From a virus: 39,543 nucleotides of DNA. A program made the translations under genes and the position numbers. The stretch is from the IMG/VR virus record IMGVR_UViG_3300029951_000064, one strand, 5' to 3'. The notes beneath the pieces are model-generated. The model worked only from the letters and a program-made list of their open reading frames with translations. It ran no database searches and was not told where the DNA came from. Below are positions 22,398-30,273 of this stretch, piece after piece (the stretch's first letter is position 1; each line of letters begins with the position of its first letter).

Positions 22398-23215
22398 GAC
22401 GGAATCTCTGAGGGCGATCCACTATACGCTGTATCAGATGCCTCGCCGAGCGCATCGCGTCGCGCGGCCTGAATTTGGCTTTTCCAATACAAAATTGCAG
22501 CGCCGATGAAGCCGGCCAAGCCGATTCCGGCCGCCGCAACCGGCTGCGCGCCAGAAACGGCGATCCCAGCAACTGCGGCGCTCACGGCCGTAGCGACGGA
22601 ACTCGCCATATGCGTGCTGCTCGAATCGGAGGCCTCATTCGATTTCGTCGCCAAATGCTCGGAAAGGCTGAGAACGACTTTCTGTGCCGGCTGCGGGATT
22701 TTCGCGCCGGCACTATGCGCCATGACGACGGATTCGGCCTCGACGCCCGCGACGCGGCGCGACCAACCGGGAAGAAAGGTTTTGGCTGTCTTGAGCGATT
22801 CGAGGAACGACAGGCGCATCGCCGAATAGGCGTGAATCGTCGCGATGGGGTCCGATGTGGGCGCGAATTTGCCACGCTTCCAACGGCCGAGCGCCGAGCC
22901 TGGGCCAGCATTATAGGCGTCGTCGGAAACGCAATGATCGACGCCCGCCGGCAGGCCGTCCCCGTCGACCGGGTCCCAATAATTACGCTCGAAAATCGTC
23001 AACGCCTGATCGGCCGTGATGTTTTTCATGGAAACGCCGGGAAACCAGCGCGCGGCGACAGGGGCCGAAACGCCATATTTCGAGCCGACAAGAGAGCCAG
23101 TTCCGACTTTGCCGGAGGTCCAATTGCCGGGATCCTTGGGGTTGAGCGAAAGCGTCGCGCCGCCCTCCCATTTCATGGTCGCGAGGAAGGACGACATGCG
23201 GTTTGAGACAGACAT
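22394..23215 (-). CDS. Endolysin: GH108-like lysozyme plus PG-binding region, with a C-terminal hydrophobic anchor (273 aa)
   Basis: KWEGGATLSLNPKDPGNWTSGKVG..GSKYGVS (GH108 EGG motif). FLPGWSRRV (PG_binding_3-like). C-terminal AVSAAVAGIAVSGAQPVAAAGIGLAGFIGAAILYW. Confidence 0.75.
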   Translation of the reverse strand: MSVSNRMSSFLATMKWEGGATLSLNPKDPGNWTSGKVGTGSLVGSKYGVSAPVAARWFPGVSMKNITADQALTIFERNYWDPVDGDGLPAGVDHCVSDDAYNAGPGSALGRWKRGKFAPTSDPIATIHAYSAMRLSFLESLKTAKTFLPGWSRRVAGVEAESVVMAHSAGAKIPQPAQKVVLSLSEHLATKSNEASDSSSTHMASSVATAVSAAVAGIAVSGAQPVAAAGIGLAGFIGAAILYWKSQIQAARRDALGEASDTAYSGSPSEIPS

Positions 23216-23225
23216 CGGGGGCTCC

Positions 23226-24935
23226 TCAGTAAATCAGGTCGGCCAGCAAAAGGGCGTTGGCGTTGATATTCAGCGTGCCGCCGCTCGAACCGTCCCCAAT
23301 TTCCATCGCGAAAATGGTATGAGCCCCGAGCGGCCCCGCCGACATTCCCAACTCGGCCTTGGTATTGCCGAAGCCGTTGGACAGGCGCCCGAGCCCCCAT
23401 TCCATCCCAGCCGGCGCAACCGTGCTGCTATCGAGGCCGACGCCAGCGCTAACCGCGCTATTGGTGACAGAAACGGAATATGCCGTCGAATAAGACGCGT
23501 GAAGGCGACCCTTTGCGCCGACGACGTAAGTAATTTTGGTCGTCGCGCTCGGGCCGCCGCCCTGTTGGAAGGCCGAAGCCGCATATCCATGGCCGGCGCC
23601 CGTGTCCTGCGAAACCCCGAGAAGCGGCTCTTGATTATAGGCGTTCCAAAATCCTACGGAGCCGGGGCCGCCGAGCGCCTGCGCAAAGCCAGGGTTGAAC
23701 GTGCACGTCGCCGCCGCGCCGTCGGTCATCATCGTGCCGACCCACACGCCATAGCCGGCCGGAGGTCCGTTCGTGATCGAATTCGTATTGACCTCGAATC
23801 CCTGGACAAGGCTCAAAGCCTGCGCCGTCCCGCGGCTTTCTGTGCCGAGTGCGCCGTTGCTGACGCCAAAGCCTCCGGTTCCCGCCTGCACCGTGATGGC
23901 GCCCGAGCCCGCGCCGGTGACATTGATCGCCGAGCCGCCGACGCTCGCCGAAATCTCGAACGCGTTTGCCGTGAGTCCTGCCGCAATGACGAAATAGGTG
24001 ACGCCCGCCGTGAGGCCGGTCGGCAACGTCGCGGCAGAAAAGCGAACGGGACAGCCGGCCAAAAGGCCGTGAGCGGTCAAATTGACAACTGCCGGGCTCG
24101 CGGTCGGAATGGTGACCGTCGCCGTTTTCGACCACATATCGCCGCGCGTGAGCGTATTCGCGTAAAAAGTGATGTTTTCTGTGGTTGCCGTCGCCGTGGC
24201 GGGGAGCGGCCCGAAAACAACCGTCGTGCCCGTCGCGCTGACAACCGTCGAGCCAGCGGGGATGCCCGCGCCGGTGACCGGCTGGCCCGGCGCGATGCCC
24301 GTAATGCTGCTCATGCTCGTTAGAGAGGTCGAGCCGAGCGTCGTATTGCCGGTATAAGTCGTCGGCGCCTGCCAGACGAAGAGGTCATAGACTGAGTTTG
24401 GCTGCGCCGCGAGAGGCCCGGCGTTGCCGACTGACGAATTCGCGAGCGTGTTGGAAAGCTCGGAAAACGGGAAATTTGAGAAAAGCGTGCCGTTCCAAAC
24501 CGGAATCGAATTGGAATTGGCCGGCGTGTAAAGAATCGCAATGGCGCCGGCGACGGTCGCCAGCAAAATCGGGGTCAATGTCGTCAGAGTCAAACGCCCC
24601 GTCGGCGCGACAGCCGCAATAGACCCCAACACGGCCGTTTGCGCCGCAGCAATTTCGGCCTGCGCGGTTGATAGAACCGTCGCGTCCGCCGTCTGCATTT
24701 GCGTAAGGTTCGGGGCGTCTGTCGAGACAACGGCCGTTGCGACATTGTTGATGTTGAAGCCGCCCATCGACAAATTGGCTTCCATCCCGGCACGCCCGAG
24801 GCGGTCGAGGGAATTGGTAATTTCATTGCCAAGGTCGCCCGTCAGCGTGTTGTAGGCGCTTGACGAAATGGTCTGGCCTGAGACGGCGGCCGTGCTGCCT
24901 GGGGCCTGATACGTGCCGTTGCTTTGCCTGGGCAT
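23226..24935 (-). CDS. Tail fibre protein (569 aa)
   Basis: N-terminus MPRQSNGTYQAPGSTAAVSGQTISSSAYNTLTGDLGNEITNSLDRLGRAGMEANLSMGG is a classic tail-fibre N-terminal motif. ATG 24935 shares one base with the upstream TAA. Confidence 0.75.
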   Translation of the reverse strand: MPRQSNGTYQAPGSTAAVSGQTISSSAYNTLTGDLGNEITNSLDRLGRAGMEANLSMGGFNINNVATAVVSTDAPNLTQMQTADATVLSTAQAEIAAAQTAVLGSIAAVAPTGRLTLTTLTPILLATVAGAIAILYTPANSNSIPVWNGTLFSNFPFSELSNTLANSSVGNAGPLAAQPNSVYDLFVWQAPTTYTGNTTLGSTSLTSMSSITGIAPGQPVTGAGIPAGSTVVSATGTTVVFGPLPATATATTENITFYANTLTRGDMWSKTATVTIPTASPAVVNLTAHGLLAGCPVRFSAATLPTGLTAGVTYFVIAAGLTANAFEISASVGGSAINVTGAGSGAITVQAGTGGFGVSNGALGTESRGTAQALSLVQGFEVNTNSITNGPPAGYGVWVGTMMTDGAAATCTFNPGFAQALGGPGSVGFWNAYNQEPLLGVSQDTGAGHGYAASAFQQGGGPSATTKITYVVGAKGRLHASYSTAYSVSVTNSAVSAGVGLDSSTVAPAGMEWGLGRLSNGFGNTKAELGMSAGPLGAHTIFAMEIGDGSSGGTLNINANALLLADLIY

Positions 24936-26314
24936 TAGATGCTCCCGCCAGCCATGGGCGCGGCTGGATTCCATTCTTGCCCCGGTTGCCAAGCGGGCGC
25001 CGCGGCGGGGGCCTGCATGGCGAGCGCTTTGGCAATCGCCTGCGACCTCGTAAGCGATTGCGGAACCTGCGAGGGATTGGCGCGCAGGGCGTCCGCGACG
25101 GGCGAGCGCCCGCGAACCGCCGCGTCAACGCCAGAGAGAGCGCCGGTAGAGAGGGTATTGTCGAGGCTTTTCGCGCCATACCCCACGGCAGGAGCCATTA
25201 GGCCCGCCGCAGCGCCGGGAACGCCTGCGGTCTCATAGCCGGCGATTGCCCCCATGACGCCGGTATTCGCCGCGTGCATGCCGCCGCCGCCCCCCAGGAG
25301 GTTGCCGATGGCGCGCGCGGCGTTCGTCGTCGGCGTCCCATGGACGACATCCTTCAATCCCTGAATTTCGTCGTCACTAAATCCGGCCGTGAGCTTATCA
25401 TTTCCGAGCAGGGCGGCGACGCGCTGGCGCGTTGCATTTCCAATATTTGCGCCTGAGTTAGAAGCCGCAGCGGCGAGATCGGCTTTATTTGCGATGCCGT
25501 TAATGCGATCCGACCGGAAGGCGGCGGCTTGATTGGCTCGGGCGTCTTGGAGGGTCTGCGCGGCGGTAGTGGCGTCGCCAGATAAAACAGCGCCGTCAGG
25601 AGGCTTTGCCACAAATCCGTCAATGGCCTTTTGCGCGACCCCAGCCGCATGACTGTCTTGGCCTTGGCCTGGGGAATAATCGTGGGCGATCTGCCCGAGC
25701 ATTTGGCGGGCGGATTCGAGCGACGTAAGAGGGACGGAAGGGTTTGAGCCATCGGGGGGAACAGCCTGTAATTTATTCAGGATCGCATGCGTTTGGGGCG
25801 CAATTTCCTGAATGGGGAAACTCGGATCAGCTTGAACCTGGGCCGCCAAATCCGCAACATGAGACGGAGCGTAATCCACTCCCATCGCGGGAAGGGACTT
25901 ATAGCCGGCGCTCGCCGCGCTTTGAAGCGCTTCCGTCGAGGGCGGCACAAAGGGGGCGTCTTTGAACGCTGGCGCGGCCAAGATGCCTTCGCCCGCGCCA
26001 ATGCCGGGCGCGGCGGACAGCCCGAGCGCGGCGGCGACCCCCGTAGAGGCCGCAACGCCGGCCGGGCTTGTCGGGTCAACGCGGCCCTCCGCAACGTCCT
26101 GAGTGAGCTTCGTCCCTTTGTAAAACGGCGCCAGAATTCCAGCGCTCGGATCAAAACTGACGTTTCCGCTTGCATCGCGCGAAAACGGCAGGATTGAGCC
26201 GGAATAGGGCTGCTCGGCGGCAACATCGGTCGGCGACCATGCGGGCGCAGCGGTCCCCGGCTGCGCGGGAGCCGTCGGCGTTGCAGGCGCGTCATTGTCC
26301 CAGGCGTCGGCCAT
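24935..26314 (-). CDS. Internal virion / ejection protein (459 aa)
   Basis: Position between the transglycosylase-bearing protein and the tail fibre. Ala/Gly-rich. ATG 26314 shares one base with the upstream TAA. Confidence 0.5.
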   Translation of the reverse strand: MADAWDNDAPATPTAPAQPGTAAPAWSPTDVAAEQPYSGSILPFSRDASGNVSFDPSAGILAPFYKGTKLTQDVAEGRVDPTSPAGVAASTGVAAALGLSAAPGIGAGEGILAAPAFKDAPFVPPSTEALQSAASAGYKSLPAMGVDYAPSHVADLAAQVQADPSFPIQEIAPQTHAILNKLQAVPPDGSNPSVPLTSLESARQMLGQIAHDYSPGQGQDSHAAGVAQKAIDGFVAKPPDGAVLSGDATTAAQTLQDARANQAAAFRSDRINGIANKADLAAAASNSGANIGNATRQRVAALLGNDKLTAGFSDDEIQGLKDVVHGTPTTNAARAIGNLLGGGGGMHAANTGVMGAIAGYETAGVPGAAAGLMAPAVGYGAKSLDNTLSTGALSGVDAAVRGRSPVADALRANPSQVPQSLTRSQAIAKALAMQAPAAAPAWQPGQEWNPAAPMAGGSI

Positions 26315-28962
26315 TATTTCTTCGTCCAAACCGAGCCGTCGGGCCGCTTATATTGCGCGCCAGCCGGGAGCGCAGCATAGGCGGGGTCCGACGGGCTCGA
26401 AATAGATGGAATGGCGCCGGGTGCGGGCGCGGCCGAAGCAGCCCCAGGCGCCGGAGCCGCAAACCGCTGAATGACCTTCTGCCCTTCCGGTCCTATGACC
26501 GGATAGGATGAATTCGCGCCGAAAGCGGTCTGCCACTGGCGCTGCAATTCGTCGGTTTTGCCTTGCAGGAGGGTCGAGACTTTCGAGAAAACGGCTTTCT
26601 GCTCGTCCGGGGTCATGTTCGGAGACAGGTTCGAGACCATCGCCTTGATTTCGCCTTCGGCCGGCGTGCCGCCTTTGTAAATCTTGGCTATTTCGTCGGA
26701 AAGGGCGTTTTTGTTGAACTGATAGGCCTGCAACGCGGGGTTGCCGACGGCCAATTCGCGGCCCTCGTTTTTCACGGCGTTCACGATCGGATAGCCGGTG
26801 TTGCCGAGCGCGTCCGCGCTGTCGGCGAGGCCGTTCAAATGGTGGAGGGCCGTGTTTGCCGACAGGATCATGCCGCCCGCCGAGGTCGGCGAAGTCTTGT
26901 CGCCGAATTGCTTGACCATATCGGCGCGCGCGGAAGCGACCGACGAATTGAATTCCGGCGCCGCTTTGAACACGGCGTCCCGAATGGCGACATCGATGGG
27001 CTTCGTCGCGGCGTTCGCCTCGGGAAGCGGCGCTTGGCCATTGATGATCGCGCGCGCCGATCGCGCGACGACAGAATTCGCACCGCCCGATTGCTCAAGG
27101 CCGTTGAGATAGGTTTGGCCTTGCGGCGTCATACCATTAGCAGCCGCCATATCGACCGAGCCGGCGACGGTCTGCGGAGGCGCCGCATTGGTCTGGCCCG
27201 TCGGATTGGGCGGAAGGGGGGCGACGGAAGCGCCCGGCGCCGGCGCGCCAGCGGCGGGAGGGCCGCCTGGCAAGACAGGCACGGCGGGAGCGCTCGACGC
27301 CGCGGGAGTGCCCGGAACGCCGGGCGCAGGCGCAAGCGCCGGGCCCCCAATCGCCGACCCTGCGCCGACCGGCGTCACGGTCTGAGTTTTCGGGCTGATC
27401 CAACCGTATTGTTCGTTGCCGGCGGCGTCTTTGCCGATAACGCCGAAAGTCGGGGGCGTCGGCAGTTGCGCCGAAAGCTGGGCCTCGGCGAGTTGAGCGA
27501 GCGCCGGGGGCGTATAGGGGTCTGCGAGGAGCGCCAACAATTGCTGACGATTGCCAGGGGTTTGCGGGGCCGAAGCAGCCGGGGGCGCGGACACGGCGCC
27601 GCCCGGCTGCGGCCCAGCCGGCGCGGAAGCCCCCGCGACTACGCCAGCGGGAGGTTGCGCCTGGGGCTGCGCGCCCATGGCGGATGCAAGTTGAGCAATG
27701 GCCTGGGGAGAAGGCGGCGCAGGCTGCGCGCCCCCCGCGCCCGGCGCCGCTTGAGCCGACGCCATCATTGCGCCGGGGGCCGGCGTCACGCCAGCGGGCG
27801 GAAGCGCGTTTGGCGGAATCGGCGTTCCCTTCGGCGCCGTGATGACTTGGCCAGTCGTGGGATCCTTCCAAGCGACTGCGCCAGCGTCGGCGTAAGCGCC
27901 ACCTTGCGGCCCGGGCGCGGGCGCGCTCTGCGTGGGTTGGCCGGTAGAAGGGTCGATCGCATAGCCTTGAGCATTCGTGGCAACCGGCGTCCCATCGGCG
28001 GCATGCGCCATGGGACCGCCAGCACCAGACGGCGCGGGCTGGCCAGGCGCGGGCGCTGCGGCGTTGATCGCGGCGGCGGCCGGCGACAATTGCGACGTGA
28101 ATTTGTCGGCATAGGCTTGGCCTGTCGTGCCGAGTTGATCGGCCGCGGTCGCGCCGCCCTCCGCAAGAGGCTTGCCAGTTAGCCAAATGCTCGCCGCGTC
28201 CTGGGGCGAATTGGTCTGCAAAAGCGAGCCGAATTGATGATTGAAAACCGCGTCCTGCAATTCCCGGCTGGCCAAGAATTCTTCTCGCGAAACAGGTCGA
28301 CCGACTGCCGCCTGCGACCATTGCGGGAGATTTCCAGGCATGACGCCATATTTGCCGAGAGCCCGCTGGCCGGCATAGGGACCGCTCGCCACAACGGGGC
28401 CGAGCGCGGAATAATTGCCGCCGCTCTCGTTCCCGGCAATCGCGGCGCGAAACGGCGCCATCGGGTCTGAGCCGCCAGCGCCGGCCGGCGCGAGCGCATT
28501 GGCGACCGCCGAAGCTCCCCCTCCCGAGCCGGGAGAGGCCCCAGGCTGCGCGCCACCCAGCGCTGCGGCGATTGCAGGCGCGCCGCTCAATCCGGCTGCG
28601 GCGTCGCCCTGCGCGTCAACCGCAGCGTCGGAGTTTTGGAGCGCGGGCGTCGAGCGGCCCGGCGTCGCCGGAATGGCCTGCGCCCCCGGATCAAGGCCAA
28701 AAGCTGCGCCTTCCAACGCGTCATTGTTCGCGCGCCCCAAATTCAATTGTTGGTTCGCTTGCCGATTAATCAGCGCGGCACTAAGCGCCTGCGCGATTCG
28801 GGCGGCGCCCTGCCAAGGGCTCGCGATCGGCGACGTATCCGAACCGGATTTCGAAAGAGCGTCCGCAATGGCCTGCTGGCGCGCGATCTGTGCCGGCATG
28901 AGCAACGTGGAATTGGGATTGCTGGGGTCGCTGGCGGGAAGATTGAAATCGAGCAGACTCAT
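26314..28962 (-). CDS. Internal virion protein with a lytic transglycosylase/lysozyme-like domain (882 aa)
   Basis: AIAGNESGGNYSALG...ALGKYGVMPGNLPQW is an SLT-type catalytic Glu motif. Long Ala/Pro/Gly-rich linker regions. Confidence 0.7.
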   Translation of the reverse strand: MSLLDFNLPASDPSNPNSTLLMPAQIARQQAIADALSKSGSDTSPIASPWQGAARIAQALSAALINRQANQQLNLGRANNDALEGAAFGLDPGAQAIPATPGRSTPALQNSDAAVDAQGDAAAGLSGAPAIAAALGGAQPGASPGSGGGASAVANALAPAGAGGSDPMAPFRAAIAGNESGGNYSALGPVVASGPYAGQRALGKYGVMPGNLPQWSQAAVGRPVSREEFLASRELQDAVFNHQFGSLLQTNSPQDAASIWLTGKPLAEGGATAADQLGTTGQAYADKFTSQLSPAAAAINAAAPAPGQPAPSGAGGPMAHAADGTPVATNAQGYAIDPSTGQPTQSAPAPGPQGGAYADAGAVAWKDPTTGQVITAPKGTPIPPNALPPAGVTPAPGAMMASAQAAPGAGGAQPAPPSPQAIAQLASAMGAQPQAQPPAGVVAGASAPAGPQPGGAVSAPPAASAPQTPGNRQQLLALLADPYTPPALAQLAEAQLSAQLPTPPTFGVIGKDAAGNEQYGWISPKTQTVTPVGAGSAIGGPALAPAPGVPGTPAASSAPAVPVLPGGPPAAGAPAPGASVAPLPPNPTGQTNAAPPQTVAGSVDMAAANGMTPQGQTYLNGLEQSGGANSVVARSARAIINGQAPLPEANAATKPIDVAIRDAVFKAAPEFNSSVASARADMVKQFGDKTSPTSAGGMILSANTALHHLNGLADSADALGNTGYPIVNAVKNEGRELAVGNPALQAYQFNKNALSDEIAKIYKGGTPAEGEIKAMVSNLSPNMTPDEQKAVFSKVSTLLQGKTDELQRQWQTAFGANSSYPVIGPEGQKVIQRFAAPAPGAASAAPAPGAIPSISSPSDPAYAALPAGAQYKRPDGSVWTKK

Positions 28963-29726
28963 GCGAGCGCTCCCAACAATCCAATGCCGGAACTCCCGAG
29001 GCCGAATAGCCCCCCCATTGCCGCGTTGCTTTGCGCGACCTGTTGTTGATAATTCTGCTCGACGATGCCCGCGACATTCGTCGGCGCGACGCCGGTTTGG
29101 GAGGTCGGCGCCAGCGTGCCAACGCCGGGCTGAGAAACTTGGCTTCCCGTTTCGAGCGAAGAAAGGGCGTTGAGAGGTTCGTTATATTCTGACGTAAGCG
29201 CGGATTGAGCCTGCGATGCGTCCTGCCCGAAAGCGGACGCATAGGCGTTGTCCTTTAGAAGTCCCTCGTTCGAAATTGCCGTGGTATAGCCGGCGCTCCC
29301 CGGCGCGAGACCTTGGTCGTAGGCGGTCTGCTGGGTCTGCGCATCGTTGCGCGCCCATTGGGGATCCATCGTGAATTCGTTTTCCTTGTCGAGTTGCCCT
29401 TGCAACGCCGAATAGGAAAGGTCGAGAGGATTCGAGAGAGTCGAGGAGGCCGTGTTTTCGAGCTGACCGGCGAGATTTGCGCTTCCCGTCGCATTCGCGA
29501 TCGTTTTATCGGAAAGAGCTTGTTCGTCTGGCGCAAGCGTCGTCGTCGCTGTTTCTTCCGGCGCGCCGCTCGAACTCGTCCCGGTCTGATTGTAGGTAAT
29601 GTTGCCGTAAGGCGTGATCTGCGAAACGTCGTTAAGCTGGCTCTGATAATCGGCCGTCTGCTCGTTCGATTGCGTTTGCGCCTGGGCGGTCTGATACGGG
29701 TCGGGAGGGCTCGGCTGGCTGATCAT
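28959..29726 (-). CDS. Internal virion / ejection protein (255 aa), Q/S/T-rich
   Basis: ORF track. ATGA-coupled to the downstream gene. C-terminal glycine-zipper GGLFGLGSSGIGLLGALA. Confidence 0.5.
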   Translation of the reverse strand: MISQPSPPDPYQTAQAQTQSNEQTADYQSQLNDVSQITPYGNITYNQTGTSSSGAPEETATTTLAPDEQALSDKTIANATGSANLAGQLENTASSTLSNPLDLSYSALQGQLDKENEFTMDPQWARNDAQTQQTAYDQGLAPGSAGYTTAISNEGLLKDNAYASAFGQDASQAQSALTSEYNEPLNALSSLETGSQVSQPGVGTLAPTSQTGVAPTNVAGIVEQNYQQQVAQSNAAMGGLFGLGSSGIGLLGALA

Positions 29727-30129
29727 TCGAAAGCCTCAAGATTTTCTGCCTTGAGGCGAGGAGGCCTAGAATGATGCCGTCCTCTCGGGGAAAGCGATCT
29801 TTCATGACGCCCTCGGGCTCAAAGCCGAGTTTCAGAAGGCTTCTGATCGCCCGATCATTAGAAATTGGGGTTACGCACGTCACCCGCGCAACGGCGAGCT
29901 TGCCAAACACATAGTTCGCGATATTCCGCATAGCCCACATCGGCCATGGCTTCAACACTGTGCACGATAAATCGACGTTGATCCGATCGAAGTTGTTGAA
30001 AACCAGCGCGCCGGCCAATTCTTCGCCGTCGAGGACGACAAGGCCGACGAATGGCTCAGAAAAAACGAGGCCAAGAGGGACGCCGATCGCGCGGGCCGCG
30101 CGCGCATTGTCTTGCGAAACGGAGAACAT
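29632..30129 (-). CDS. GNAT-family N-acetyltransferase (165 aa)
   Basis: FGKLAVARVTCVTPISNDRAIRSLLKLGFEPEGVMKDRF matches the RimJ/RimL-like GNAT core (..v.a.v...N..s.rl.eklGF..eG). AAGGA RBS. The 3' 95 nt overlap the next gene. Confidence 0.65.
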   Translation of the reverse strand: MFSVSQDNARAARAIGVPLGLVFSEPFVGLVVLDGEELAGALVFNNFDRINVDLSCTVLKPWPMWAMRNIANYVFGKLAVARVTCVTPISNDRAIRSLLKLGFEPEGVMKDRFPREDGIILGLLASRQKILRLSNDQPAEPSRPVSDRPGANAIERADGRLSEPA

Positions 30130-30148
30130 TGATATATGAAATCCTTCG

Positions 30149-30271
30149 ATCGCTTTGGGGCAGCATGGTAGCCCGCCGCTTGTCGGAGCCGAGCGCTATG
30201 ACGGGGTCGCTACCCGTTAATATCTCGGGAGGGGTGCAACCCTCGCGCCGGTTCAAATCCGGCAGGCGATT
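30149..30271 (+). ncRNA. tRNA-derived / tRNA-like element, non-canonical (about 50 nt too long, no CCA)
   Basis: Acceptor ATCGCTT (30149-55) pairs with AGGCGAT (30264-70). T at position 8. D-arm GGGC-AGCATGGTA-GCCC (30158-74). T-arm GCCGG-TTCAAAT-CCGGC (30247-63). There are 71 nt between the arms instead of about 22. Confidence 0.35.
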
Positions 30272-30273
30272 CT

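Noticed and set aside
23226-24935. Diversity-generating retroelement (Mtd/TR/VR/RT), as in BPP-1-type phages
   Set aside because: The capsid and terminase type prompted a search. No ORF carries reverse-transcriptase motifs (no YxDD-type block), and I could not find a template/variable repeat pair near the 3' end of the tail-fibre gene or elsewhere.
26563-28182. 539-aa plus-strand ORF, and the 394-aa alternate-frame minus ORF at 27137-28321
   Set aside because: Both are extremely Arg-rich low-complexity translations of the Ala/Pro/Gly-rich linker region of the 882-aa ejection protein. Neither has a start context or domain signal.
30201-30217. Assigning an anticodon (CGC, Ala) to the tRNA-like element and calling it a functional tRNA
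   Set aside because: The candidate anticodon arm is separated from the D-arm by an extra 25 nt, position 37 is a pyrimidine, and the total length is about 122 nt. That is not a canonical tRNA, so no isotype is claimed.
30247-30271. Interpreting the tRNA-like 3' half as an attP core for integration into a host tRNA gene
   Set aside because: No tyrosine or serine integrase or excisionase is recognisable anywhere in the closed genome. I kept it only as an alternative (recombination scar) in the finding.
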